A stretch of DNA of 32,696 nt from Phoronis australis. Lineage: Eukaryota > Animalia > Phoronida. The stretch is from NCBI GenBank assembly GCA_002633005.1, contig NMRA01001266.1, positions 1-32,696 on the forward strand, read 5' to 3'. How positions within the stretch are numbered: position 1 is the first letter of the stretch; each line of letters opens with the position of its first letter. The position numbers were made by a program, and so were the translations under genes. Positions 21,801 through 31,317 of the stretch are shown in pieces. The notes under the pieces are model-generated. The model made no database searches and was not told the origin of the DNA. It saw nothing but the letters and a program-made list of their open reading frames with translations.

Positions 21801-24800
21801 ACATGGTAACATTCTGTGATGAAGCTTGCTTGCCAAAAATCGATTTGTAGACTACTCTTATCAATTTTTAGTTTGACTCGTTAATCACCTTTCAAATTTT
21901 TCCATTACTAAAATCTCCGAATGGGCATCAAATTCAGCCAACAGTTTCAATTTGAAGCTAAATCCATGGTCTTTTGTCTTGTATTAGGACTCGCATGATC
22001 ATCCATAACCACTGTTCAAAGAGTTGATAAAACATGAACCAGACAACAAAAACATGATTAGGATCACCCAGTTTCTCATAAGGAATTCATTTTCCAAGGA
22101 CAAAATGTTTGAAAAATCACCAGTTGTCGCAAAGATACTGGTGTAACTATAATATCTTTGGCTGTAGTCCGTGATATTTCAGTTCATTTTAGCCAGTGTT
22201 TTATTCCTGTGAAGTTACCTCAGTGGCGGATCTAGGATATCACAAGGGGGGGGCCCAACTTTTGGTCCGGCTGTAAGCATTTGCGCAAACTGAACCATGA
22301 TTGTAGATGCGCATAGCACTGAAGTGGGGGGAGGTCGAGAGGGGGGTTTATCTCTAATAATCAAGCATTTTCCTTGATTCCTGAAGACAAAAGAGGCAAA
22401 AAAGGAAAAAAAAACGGAGAACGTGTCGAACAGAAAAAACTGCAAGAACCTAAGACTCGAACTCACGACCTGGCGGATAGAGCGCGTGTGCATTACCACT
22501 ACACCACCACAACTTAACTACTAATCTTTTTCTAAAAGACCTACTTATTTATGGTCCACAGCATTTACGCGCGAAACCTACTTCTTTTTGTAATGCTTAT
22601 TACACGTTTTATATTTTGTGCCATCAATTCTTAACAAATTTGTCGTATTTAAAATAGTCTCCAAATGCCCAAAAGACCAAATCCGTTTTTCGTGTTGGCA
22701 ATAATGACAGGATTGCTTTGGAAACTGTCTTAAGATAAGGTTTGACAAAAAGAGTATTGTGAGTTTCTGAGTGATTCACTAAGGCTTCGACTAAATTCAC
22801 ATCTTACCAGCAGCTTCTGTTTTTTCATCGTCACTCAGGTTCCATTTTCTTTAAAAAATTAAGTAAATTTTCTTCATGGCACAGTGTAGCAGACGACGGA
22901 AACGGAGTCGTAGTGCGCAGCGCCACTGCCAGTTGCCTGGGATATCGCGGGAGAGCCTATACTTAGCCATAGTTCCGTTAGGAATGCGCCGTGTTCCGAA
23001 TTTGACACTTAAAATTGGATTTGAGCCCCCCCCCCCCAACACTAAAACTGCACACATTGAAATCTGTTTTCATCCGTATAATTTTAATTACTGGGGTTAA
23101 TTAATAAACTCAATATTTCCCTACGCTCCTGCTGTTTTGTTTTTTTGCGGCAGCCAAGGGGGGGGCCCGGGCCCCCCTAAATCCGCCTATGTACCTCCGT
23201 TGTGGTTTTTGATCTGCTCCACACAAAATGACTTTCCATCAGAGCTCCTGGTATAAAGGCTTCTGGCTGACAGCAACTCTTGTAGAAATCTTTAGACAAA
23301 GTACAAGGTGCCTTGAAGGAATGTTGAAGATATCTACTGTCAATGGGTTGTGGAAGGAAGATTAGGGTAGTGTGTGGCAATGTTTCATCAAGAGTTTGCA
23401 ATGTTTTTCAGGCAAGCCCGGAGTGTTGACGACCAGCCTCTCTCTGACATCAAGTTGTCTCGAGAACACTCCAAACTACTCCTCTCCAGTACTGAGTTGA
23501 ATAAGCTTCGGAAAGAGATTGAGAAAATTGAAATGAAAACTGAACTGCAGGTTAGTCAAAAATGGGACACGCTTTGAACCCAAACACGTTGGACCTTTTA
23601 TTTTATGAAATGGCCTATCGCCGGGATTTTGAATGACACCTTAAAGTCCTTCTTGCAAACTGCCCATGTGGTTCCAGTATCCGAAAATACTTACTACATA
23701 AATTCTTATTTTCGACACCCTTTCTTTATATTCTTTTCGCCTTTCTTGCCAAAAGCGATTTTTTAACAGTATTTGACACTTCTCTCTGAGCGTATGATTA
23801 CCGGTTGTCATCAGTTATTTCCGTACCCACATTTCCGGCTCATCAGTTCAGGAACTTGTCCTGAATGCCGCCATTTTTTCCTTGTAACTGAATGGGCTAT
23901 GGCTTGCTCGAAAAGTCTTCATTATTTTGTTTTATTAGTAATATATCGTGATTCGTTTGCATATGTAGTGTATTTATAGTTTGTAGTTAGTGGTCGTTGA
24001 TTTTTTTGGAATGTTACGCGTACTTAGTATGTTAAAATAGCATTGGTGTTTAGTTCCTTACGTAGGCGGGTCGAACCTAGGAACCAATATGGGTCGAACC
24101 AATTTTTTTTCGGTTTTATTTTTTTCCTCGTTTTGAAAAAGTACTTTGCTATCATCGGAAAGGTAGTACATTCTACTCAGTAAAAATCGAAAAAGTATCA
24201 AAATCGGGGCAAGCACTGTAAAGTTATTGCAAGTTTTGTGGCGAAATTTGGGTCACTTTGTTTGGATCGCGTCGGCCATATTGGAGGACAGCGGGATAAG
24301 TTACGAGTTTAAAACTTTGTGTAAATTGTTTTCGCCAACAAATTACGGTGAAATTTAGTTAGACATATCTTTACTTACTATTCTGCACGATTTAGCAGTG
24401 TTCACCAAATTTCAGCCTCGCAGTTGTTACTCATTAAGTGATAAATGTGCTCACAATTCCCGTTGGACTTCGTCTCATTTCTGGCGGCACCTACAATGTC
24501 GACTTTTGCTGAACTGAAAGGCATGTTCAATCGGCTACTTTGTAATTTGTGAAGATTTAACGTTGATACATTTTGACAAACGTTGCTACAAAAAAGAAAC
24601 TTTGTTCAATTTTCGTGTTTTTTGTGTTTGTGGCCAGCGACCAGTTAGGCCTAAGGGTAGTCTTGGCGCAAAGCTGCCTCCCGTTCAGTAACGCTAGGAC
24701 CTCGCTAAAAAGCAAGACTTCGCGAGAATACGTGAGATTTCGCCGTGTATTTTGAATAAGAACACGTGACTTTGACTAGGTTTTAGCTAGGTCCTAGCGT

Positions 24801-27082
24801 AGGTCCTAGCGTCTACTGAACGCACGCCTGTATAGGCCTACTAACAAGCTGTATTTTGACTATAGTCTTCACTGGTTGCTGGTGACTGAGGCTAACTAAA
24901 GTCTGCCGCGGCAGTGTTACACAGGACTAACCAGCCCGTAATTTCATGCAAGTATCTGAAACTACCCTTGAATATATGCAGCATTTATCGTTTGACCATT
25001 TTACTTCGACAAAACAGCTTGCAACCGTGTGCATTTACCGTTCGCCAGTGTCTGGTCTCGATCCGCACCGGGTCCGATAGGCTGCGGTCCCGACTATTCT
25101 GGCAAAATAATTTCTGTCAAAATTTATTCGCCACATTTCTTCAGCAAATTCCATAAAATAGTCCGTAGTTTGATTTTATCAAAATTAAGGCGCGCTGTCG
25201 ATTTTTTATCCCCGTTTGCTGGCTGGTTACAGTACAGGCACTGCTCCAGTCGCACTGACGGCGTTTTCTCGGCCTGGGTTCCTGAATGAAATGTACTTCC
25301 GGGTTCGCGGCAAGTTCAAAATGGCGGTGTTTCTTCGGATGCGAATCGTGAGTGGCGCGTTCATTTAAACTGGATCGTGTATTAGTTATGGGGTAGGTAC
25401 TTCTTGGATCCTTATAACATCTTCTAACCATGTAATAAGGGTTAACAACGCGTGAGAGGACTTTAACTGACCAATCAGAGCCCAGAATTGTTGACACACC
25501 TTTATTTGGGAAATTAAAACAGGAGCTGGACATTTAACTGACCTTTGCTTGACCTTGACTTTATATCAAATCAAATTTGGTTTATTGACACTGTTGTTTT
25601 CCACGTGACTTAATTTCCTGTTAAAGTTTACTTAAGACATGGCCATGTGACCCAACTAGTGGTAGAATGGTAAAATTCAAAAATGAATTTCTGTAGGTTT
25701 GTCTTCTTTCAGAAAATATACTTTTACTTAGTTTTAACTCTGCAATGGTATAATAATGAATATAACTTTTGAAAATCTATAGTTTTTAGATGTTTGGCTG
25801 AAACATGGAATTATTGATAAGGTCGTAGTTAACCTTTACCATGGAGAAGCATAGCAATGGAAAAGAGTTGTTTCTGAATGCTCATTTACTTTCTCTTGCG
25901 AGATTTCCCTTTTTGAAAAGCAGAGTAAATTGTACTAATATGTTCACTTATATATGTTAATTCAATTCAGTTGGATGCACTACAGACAGTTACAGACACA
26001 CTACACAAGTACAGCGAAGCTGTCAGTGACTTTGTCTCTCAGCAGTCTAAAAACTTGCGTAAGTATTTTCTGTGCACGTATTGTAACCAGTGTGTGACTG
26101 GACTGAATCTAATTATTCAGCTAGTGTTCGTCAGGATGCATCTATTTTGTTCCTTTTATAACATGTTGTGTAAGAAGCGATCATGTATTATGTCATCACT
26201 CGGGGGGGGAGGGGGGGGTTGGATCAGATGACAATTCATCACTGTAGGCGAGGGGTTAAGACTCATTGTGATGTCATCATGTGATTGATTAGAGTATGGT
26301 ACATACCATTGGGAAACTGATTCACAAAACCTTAACTCTCCTTTCACGCTTTTAAGATTTGAACGTATTTCACAAGGCTTACCCTATAAACATGTACACA
26401 AATGACAAACCCTCTCATTGTCTAAGCAGGGGGTGTCTGCGATGACATAGAGACTGGACAGGGGGAGCGATAAGACAAGTGATGCAGAAGGGGAAAGGGG
26501 GCAAAAAGTAGCGATAGTGTAATATCTGCACACTCCCTATATCTTACTACCCTTGTGTTCATGCCACAAGAGGTCACCAATGATTAGCAACCATTTCTCT
26601 GTGCCAATTGATAATCATATAATTACATACTGGCTGTTGTGAGATTTCTTGACTGTGATTGTTGAGAAGAGGGATTCATTATTAAAATAGGTGTATATTA
26701 GGAGGGGAAAAATGAGTTTGGTGCGGCTTAGAGGAAGCTCAGCATTTTTACGCTTTAAAAAGAAACCTGCAGTGACATGTCCACTTGCAGAGCCTGGCCG
26801 CAAGCACTAATGAACTGTTAGTTCCTATTAACACCACGGCTGCTCTCTAATCTAATTAAGTTAAAACCATAGTTATATAGGAAGTGCCTTAAATAAAAAT
26901 ATTATTTTCTTGGTGGCAGGCGAGTTGATAGCCACTTTAAATGTCCCGTTTCAGGCGTTAAATCGTTTGAAGGCATGGAGAAATTCTCAGATCCGCGGAA
27001 ACTCATTACAAACATTATCGGAGGAGAGACTTCGCAGACAGGCGAGAGCAGTCCCACTGTGAAAGCAAAATCAGGAGTTTGA
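12775..27082 (+). CDS. DSN1: Kinetochore protein DSN1/Mis13 (MIS12 complex), about 293 aa. Exons: 12775-12837, 15199-15304, 16539-16612, 16901-16967, 17826-17901, 18480-18548, 21375-21446, 23412-23550, 25971-26058, 26955-27082
   Basis: Ten GT-AG exons sum to 882 nt with all phases matching. Basic RRKSL/KRRSSF Aurora-B region, DIPKDLAEDERLGQL, YTIQKL, PNPVN motif, LEKESSSWETL, C-terminal coiled coil and DPRKLI tail resemble the DSN1 family. Confidence 0.88.
12948..13535. mobile_element. Foldback (Academ-like) non-autonomous element, about 280-bp diverged TIRs, left tip eroded
   Basis: Arms are reverse complements around a loop of about 25 nt; homologous to 14341-14687, 14691-14945 and 31318-32217. 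Confidence 0.85.
13590..14334 (-). mobile_element. Copy 2 (inverted) of the asymmetric TAG...CTA dispersed repeat
   Basis: One end TAGTCTTGGCGCAAAGCT (minus strand); the other end is the 34-nt hairpin tagctgtat...atacagcta. Confidence 0.75.
14341..14687. mobile_element. Internally deleted Academ-like foldback element, apparent 3-bp TSD gtg
   Basis: tagacagtgaccaccgtc ... gacggtggtctcagtcta, flanked by gtg on both sides. Confidence 0.8.
14691..14945. mobile_element. Left-arm fragment of the same Academ-like family
   Basis: Begins tagacagtg; shares gaagctttt..ttatgcctcgc..acatcaaagtcacgttg. Confidence 0.7.
15199..15304 (+). CDS. DSN1: DSN1 exon 2 NSPSVRRKSLRQEGKRRSSFVRGRISRQLQLPDDS
   Basis: ttttcgcag acceptor, gtaccg donor, phase 0/1. 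Confidence 0.85.
16539..16612 (+). CDS. DSN1: DSN1 exon 3 (D)FSWDIPKDLAEDERLGQLVKLCAQ
   Basis: tttctcag acceptor, gtattg donor, phase 1/0. Confidence 0.9.
16901..16967 (+). CDS. DSN1: DSN1 exon 4 YTIQKLGQEFPDLENFDGFRIQ
   Basis: ctttcag acceptor, gtaagt donor, phase 0/1. Confidence 0.9.
17826..17901 (+). CDS. DSN1: DSN1 exon 5 (L)TDVVDKTVSSAASQGLLKMACFKD
   Basis: gtttcag acceptor, gtaaat donor, phase 1/2. Confidence 0.87.
18480..18548 (+). CDS. DSN1: DSN1 exon 6 (K)YLPNPVNVEVENTAAQYEEYIQ
   Basis: ccag acceptor, gtgagg donor, phase 2/2; PNPxN motif. Confidence 0.9.
18721..20693 (+). mobile_element. Non-autonomous Helentron (HINE / DINE-1 / pearl-like) element with an internal higher-order tandem repeat
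   Basis: 5' T-run plus subTIR atgcgcccaca (18726-18736) with a nearby inverted copy; (GTCC)n microsatellite; about 150-bp core repeats; 3' subTIR tgtgggcgcat (20659-20669) followed by hairpin caacgc-tcc-gcgttg and ctcttgt. Confidence 0.88.
18840..20330. repeat. About 452-bp higher-order repeat (3 diverged 145-161 bp monomers), about 3.3 copies; each monomer carries a CTCF-consensus motif
   Basis: (c/t)ctagtggc at 18925, 19070, 19231, 19377, 19523, 19684, 19828, 19973, 20134, 20278, 20303. Confidence 0.93.
21375..21446 (+). CDS. DSN1: DSN1 exon 7 (R)LEKESSSWETLVSSHEEESKTAI
   Basis: ttacag acceptor, gtaagt donor, phase 2/2. Confidence 0.9.
22221..23191. mobile_element. Non-autonomous DNA transposon (971 bp), CA..GGCGGAT.TAGG termini, 5-bp TSD tacct
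   Basis: cagtggcggatctagg / cctaaatccgcctatg; G-run gggggccc subterminal motifs; tacct at 22216-22220 and 23192-23196. Confidence 0.82.
22434..22513 (-). pseudogene. tRNA-like Pol III cassette (A box, B box, T6 run) inside the transposon
   Basis: TGGTGTAGTGG (22506-22496), GAGTTCGAGTC (22464-22454); D stem pairs but the acceptor stem does not. Confidence 0.6.
23412..23550 (+). CDS. DSN1: DSN1 exon 8 (L)QARSVDDQ...EMKTELQ
   Basis: tttttcag acceptor, gttagt donor, phase 2/0. Confidence 0.88.
24658..24872 (+). mobile_element. Short element sharing both ends with the asymmetric TAG...CTA family but with a different, palindromic interior
   Basis: tagtcttggcgcaaagct start; agctgtattttgact..agtcttca end; internal inverted repeat cgttcagta.acgctaggacct / aggtcctagcgt..tactgaacg. 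Confidence 0.6.
25290..25353 (+). promoter_or_regulatory. Intronic CpG-rich promoter-like site with a candidate alternative first exon
   Basis: ACTTCCGG 25295-25302, CAAAATGGCGG 25317-25327, ATG at 25321, donor gtgagt at 25348. Confidence 0.4.
25971..26058 (+). CDS. DSN1: DSN1 exon 9 LDALQTVTDTLHKYSEAVSDFVSQQSKNL
   Basis: ttcag acceptor, gtaagt donor, phase 0/1; coiled coil. Confidence 0.9.
26955..27082 (+). CDS. DSN1: DSN1 exon 10 (R)VKSFEGMEKFSDPRKLITNIIGG...KSGV*
   Basis: gtttcag acceptor, phase 1, TGA at 27080-27082. Confidence 0.87.
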
Positions 27083-27219
27083 ATTGTGGAGATGAGCGGT
27101 GACATCTGTCGATAGTCGTCAGGAGCAGTATGGAAGAGAGACCATACAAGTGTCCGTCTGCTTTACTCAAGACACAAGACCTGGAATTTGTGCTGCAGTT
27201 GTGATGTTGAATGAGTGTA

Positions 27220-27540
27220 TAAATGTGCTGCAGTGACACTTATAGCCAGATGAACAGTTTAAATTATGTTGCAGTGACACCTATAGTTAGATGTGCTGTT
27301 TAAATGTGCTTCAGTGACACCTATAGTAATTTGTATGTGCAGTTAAATGTGTTCCAGTTACACCTAGCTCCATGCGCATGCTAATAATGCTGACCAGTGA
27401 CACCTATAGTCTCATGAGCACATTAATAATTTTAACTGTGACACTTAGTCTCCTGTGCATGTTATTGTCCTCCAGTGACACCTATAGTCCGATGTGCACT
27501 TTAATACTGTCTATGCTTCAGTGACACCTATAGTCAGACG
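27220..27540. repeat. Diverged about 40-bp tandem repeat, core cagtgacacctatagt, 8 copies, downstream of the DSN1 stop
   Basis: Cores at 27231, 27272, 27312, 27355, 27395, 27436, 27473, 27519. Confidence 0.9.
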
Positions 27541-28385
27541 TTCATACTGAACCAAAGTACTGGGGAAACCAGTAATGTCAATAATTACTTTGTGGAACAA
27601 TAGGTAGCGTTGGTATCCAGGCTGGACAGGGATTGTAGGGAAGCTTGGATCCTCCATCTGTTTGTTCATTGTAAAAACTGTCTCTGCTAGAGTGTGAAGT
27701 GGGAATCCAGTGTGCTTGTGAGAACAAATTTTTGATGAAATTATGGCTCATGCTTCGAATGCAGCTGCTAAGGCTAACGGTTACAAGTTGAATGCACACA
27801 CACACTGAGTTTTCAGCTGGCACTGTACGGCTCAAGCGTTTGGATTTTAATGAGAAAGGTTGTACCATTCATACCAGAAACTGTTATATTCACGACATTA
27901 ACTGGGGTAGGAAAATACAGTGCAGATTAACAATCCAGAGTCCGAACTCAGAACTACTCTGTCCTATTGCTTTCAAACACCAGTGCTTGCTATGGCAACC
28001 TGCAATTCACCAAATGAATGTGACTTCAGATTTTGTTTGGTGACATGGTAAAAATTTCAGTCTTCCACCCACACATCTGAACATTGGTGCAAAATGCTGC
28101 AGTAAGTTACCAAGCAAACTATAGACTCCTAATTTTCTCTGTTTGACTAGAAAAAAAAAGCTGCATGGGTCATATCAAGTTTGCAGCTTCTCTAATTCAA
28201 ATAATCCACTTTTGACTAGACGATAATGCATCTATTGTTGGGGGCCATAACCCCCCATATGGGGTTTCCTTGTTATGGCGAGCTCGCATTTGGCAAGAGG
28301 ACATGCCTTGCGTAGAGTCCTGCACCGTATTGTTTCCAGTATGGACATTGACCAATCGGCTGCGACACACAGTACATCCAGACAT

Positions 28386-28391
28386 TTTATT
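28386..28391 (-). terminator. Putative DPM2 polyadenylation signal AATAAA
   Basis: tttatt on the + strand about 240 nt past the DPM2 stop. Confidence 0.5.
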
Positions 28392-28628
28392 TGATCGCCA
28401 GAGTATGACCTCCAGTTGTCAGTCTCATTTAGTTTACACCTTGTGTCTTATCACTAGCTCTCCTTCTTACAGTGTCTCGAAGTGTTTGTGTGGTCAGCCA
28501 CAGGACTTGACTGTCCACACACTTTTTTCCTCCCTCGAATAACAGTTAATTTCCCAGTACGAGATAAACATGATCTACGAGTCAATGTACATTTTAAACA
28601 AATATATATATATATATGTGAAATCCAG

Positions 28629-28690
28629 CTATGAAGTTTTCTTTTCTTTTGGTTTTCTGCTCTTGAAGATTGTGATCCCAATGAACGCAC
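28629..28690 (-). CDS. DPM2: DPM2 last coding exon (G)AFIGITIFKSRKPKEKKTS*
   Basis: ttacag acceptor, phase 1, TAG at 28631-28629. Confidence 0.93.
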
Positions 28691-29950
28691 CTGTAATGCA
28701 AACAAATTAAAATTGCTTCAAGTGTTAATGAAACCGTAGTAACGTTCTCTGCATAGCCCTATGATACAGATTCCTAAATACGACAGTCGCCTCAACTATG
28801 TACTAATAGAAGTCAACAAAAGGTGAACTTGCTGTTTTAAAAAGATCACCTTCCGTTATAAAAGCATTCAGTCAACACGTGCAAACCTAACATTTGTATT
28901 TACTTAAAATAATGTCCACAACCCACAATTTTCACGAAAATGAGCAGTGTCTGAGCCAATACCCACAAATTGAGATATTGCAAAATAACCTTTCACGAGC
29001 AAAATGATGTTATGCTGACAATCTCATTTTATTATCTTTTCTTACAAATTAACTGGCATTTAGTAATCCATTGAAATAACGGTCTCAAAATTCATAATAT
29101 ATACACTTAATAAAATGTATATTTCTCCCAGCTGTACATATGAAATGCTTACCTAACGCCAATAGCACCGCCACACCAGCTGACACTGGAATGATTATGG
29201 CGTACTCTCTCGGCAGGAAGTAGTGATGAATAACATGACGTGCCTCTACAAACGGCTACAAGGAACAATGAATACGGTCACTACGAGAATGGAAACAAAA
29301 TTTAGTCCACTAACAGGGTGGGGTTTCGTTTTAAGCATTTTGTTCTGAATAAAGAAATGGGTGTAATGAATTGGATAGAATAAGCATATGGACTTAGACG
29401 GTAAGCTTCTCGGAAACTTTGAACGCTGTGACACCATGTGAAGTTTTACAACATTTGCCCAAAGGTAACAAGTCTTGTTCAAACATATAATGACAGTTAT
29501 CATAACTTAATTGATTCAACTGACACCTAGTGGCAACTTTTTAAAGTAACATCTAATACAAATGATGAGTGTGTAATGTTCTCCAAAATAAAAGAGTGGA
29601 TCTCTGTGCAAAGCATATACAAAGCCAAATCAGAGTTACAAAGTCAAAAACAAAACGAATTATACGAAGTGTACTTAAAAACATTGTAAAAAATAAGAAA
29701 TTTATTATAAAAACTATGACTACCATTTAAAAGACACCCTGTGTTGTAAGACTCAAGACTCAGAGGGATGTTTGTGATATGACACTCAGCAAATCTTCAT
29801 TAAGTCTAACAGCAGGACTTATTTGAGATTGTCAATCAGTCCATGGTCCAAACTACTTACCAGTACAATAACCCATAGTGTGTAATATAGGAAGACAGTC
29901 AAAGCTACGCCCATCATGCCTAGCCCAGCCAGTTTGTCCAGGCCAGTTGA
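28629..29950 (-). CDS. DPM2: Dolichol-phosphate mannose synthase regulatory subunit DPM2, about 85 aa. Exons: 29950-29861, 29255-29153, 28690-28629; ATG lies on a separate upstream exon
   Basis: Spliced product (M)STGLDKLAGLGMMGVALTVFLYYTLWVIVLPFVEARHVIHHYFLPREYAIIIPVSAGVAVLLALGAFIGITIFKSRKPKEKKTS*. YYTxWV..LPF and YFLPRxYA signatures, two TM segments, C-terminal KKxx. Confidence 0.96.
29153..29255 (-). CDS. DPM2: DPM2 exon PFVEARHVIHHYFLPREYAIIIPVSAGVAVLLAL
   Basis: tgtag acceptor, gtaagc donor, phase 0/1. Confidence 0.95.
29861..29950 (-). CDS. DPM2: DPM2 exon STGLDKLAGLGMMGVALTVFLYYTLWVIVL
   Basis: tttccag acceptor, gtaagt donor, phase 0/0. Confidence 0.95.
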
Positions 29951-31126
29951 CTGGAAATAAATGACGAGACCAGCAATGAAGACAAATTATAACTTGATGT
30001 TATACACGCGGGTTAATTACGATGGTGCCACCATAGAAAATGTAGGCAAGACGTCATCTCAAGCGGAGCACCAGTCAATGAGTATGTCACTGACTTCACT
30101 CTTAATACTAACTGTTGGGAGAAGGAACAATTCAGTCCAGCTGCAGCCAGCAATGCAAGTCTACGAAAGTCTCACATTTTTTGAAAGGGGCACAGACGGA
30201 TTTATATTTGGTCGCAAAACTCCTAGACTTACAAAAACCTCTCGTTTTGATTCAACTCCAGACAACAGCAGTTTTCAAATCGAGGCTAAATCCAGACATC
30301 AGTGTTCTCCATTGCCAAGCCTTGTCGCAGTCGTTTGCTCAGCACCACGACTCGTAGGCCAATAACTTACTACGATTCAAAGTTACTAAAAGGGGTAACA
30401 GAGTAACAAAACCTAATGCTCCTTCTAGTATTTTTGACAATTTTAGACAAAAATAATAAGTTTATCTTTTTCAAAGGCATCAAAAACTGCTGCAAATGGC
30501 CAGAATTCCTCAGAATCATTATCAGATGGTAGCTATATGACCTAAAACTATGATATAGCATCTGTTTGTTGTTACTTATCTTCTACACAACAAGAGCAAT
30601 GCAGAATGTTGAAATGCGCACACGAGTGCAACGTAAACAGTTTGCCTCAAGGTCTGTTTATTAGTATGAAAATGGTCACTAGATGGTGCACACTATGTCA
30701 AACGTGATAAAAAATGGGAAGGCGTCGTCATCTTTGTAATAGAAAGCTATTCATGTGACTCAGTAGAAATTTTTGTGGTAATCGCGCACATGATGAAAGT
30801 GTTAACGGTTACCAAAAAGTGGAATTGGAATTCTTTGCCAAAGTCCCCTTAATTCTCATAGTTGTAGTGCTTCATCAAAGATGTGTGTAGAACTGTAGAA
30901 GCAGAAAGGATCACTGCAGAAAGTAAATGCCTTTTTAAGTGATAGTTCAAAGTGTAAAATGTATTTTTGACGAGGTGAAAACTTAATTGGTGATTTCCCT
31001 ACCGCCCGTTTAAAATACATGGGACAAAATTAGTACAGAAAGCTATTTGAAGTATTGTAGCCCCTGAACCGCCAACTGAGGGGATACGTGTTGCCGATCA
31101 CTGTATCACGACACTAAGCTACGTCT

Positions 31127-31302
31127 TAGGCAATGACCATCGCCTCTGTTGGCCCGACCAGAGGCGATGCAGCTCCTATAGGCGCTCCATGTGCTGGAAG
31201 CTTTTCCGCGAATTATGCCTCGCACCGACTAAAACATCAAAGTCACGTTGATAGGTAAACTTTTGCGCATAGAGGAACACCTTAGGAGGTTGTCATTGCC
31301 TA
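31127..31302. mobile_element. 176-bp deletion derivative of the Academ-like family
   Basis: taggcaatgacc ... gtcattgccta; flanks agctacgtct / ggctacgtgt (8/10). Confidence 0.8.
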
Positions 31303-31317
31303 GGCTACGTGTTACTG

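Noticed and set aside
22434-22513. Functional tRNA, possibly with a CTA (amber) anticodon
   Set aside because: Acceptor stem cannot pair, anticodon stem is only 3 bp and position 37 is a pyrimidine; kept only as a tRNA-like cassette
23641-25466. Single large TTAA-AGTCCT...AGGACT-TTAA Kolobok-like element enclosing the intron 8 repeats
   Set aside because: Only a 6-bp terminal match; the region looks repeat-derived but its boundaries cannot be supported
27220-27540. CRISPR interpretation of the conserved-core/variable-linker array
   Set aside because: Linkers are related to one another, the core is short, and the context is a eukaryotic 3' region
29961-30365. 134-aa plus-strand ORF
   Set aside because: Antisense within a DPM2 intron; no recognisable motifs
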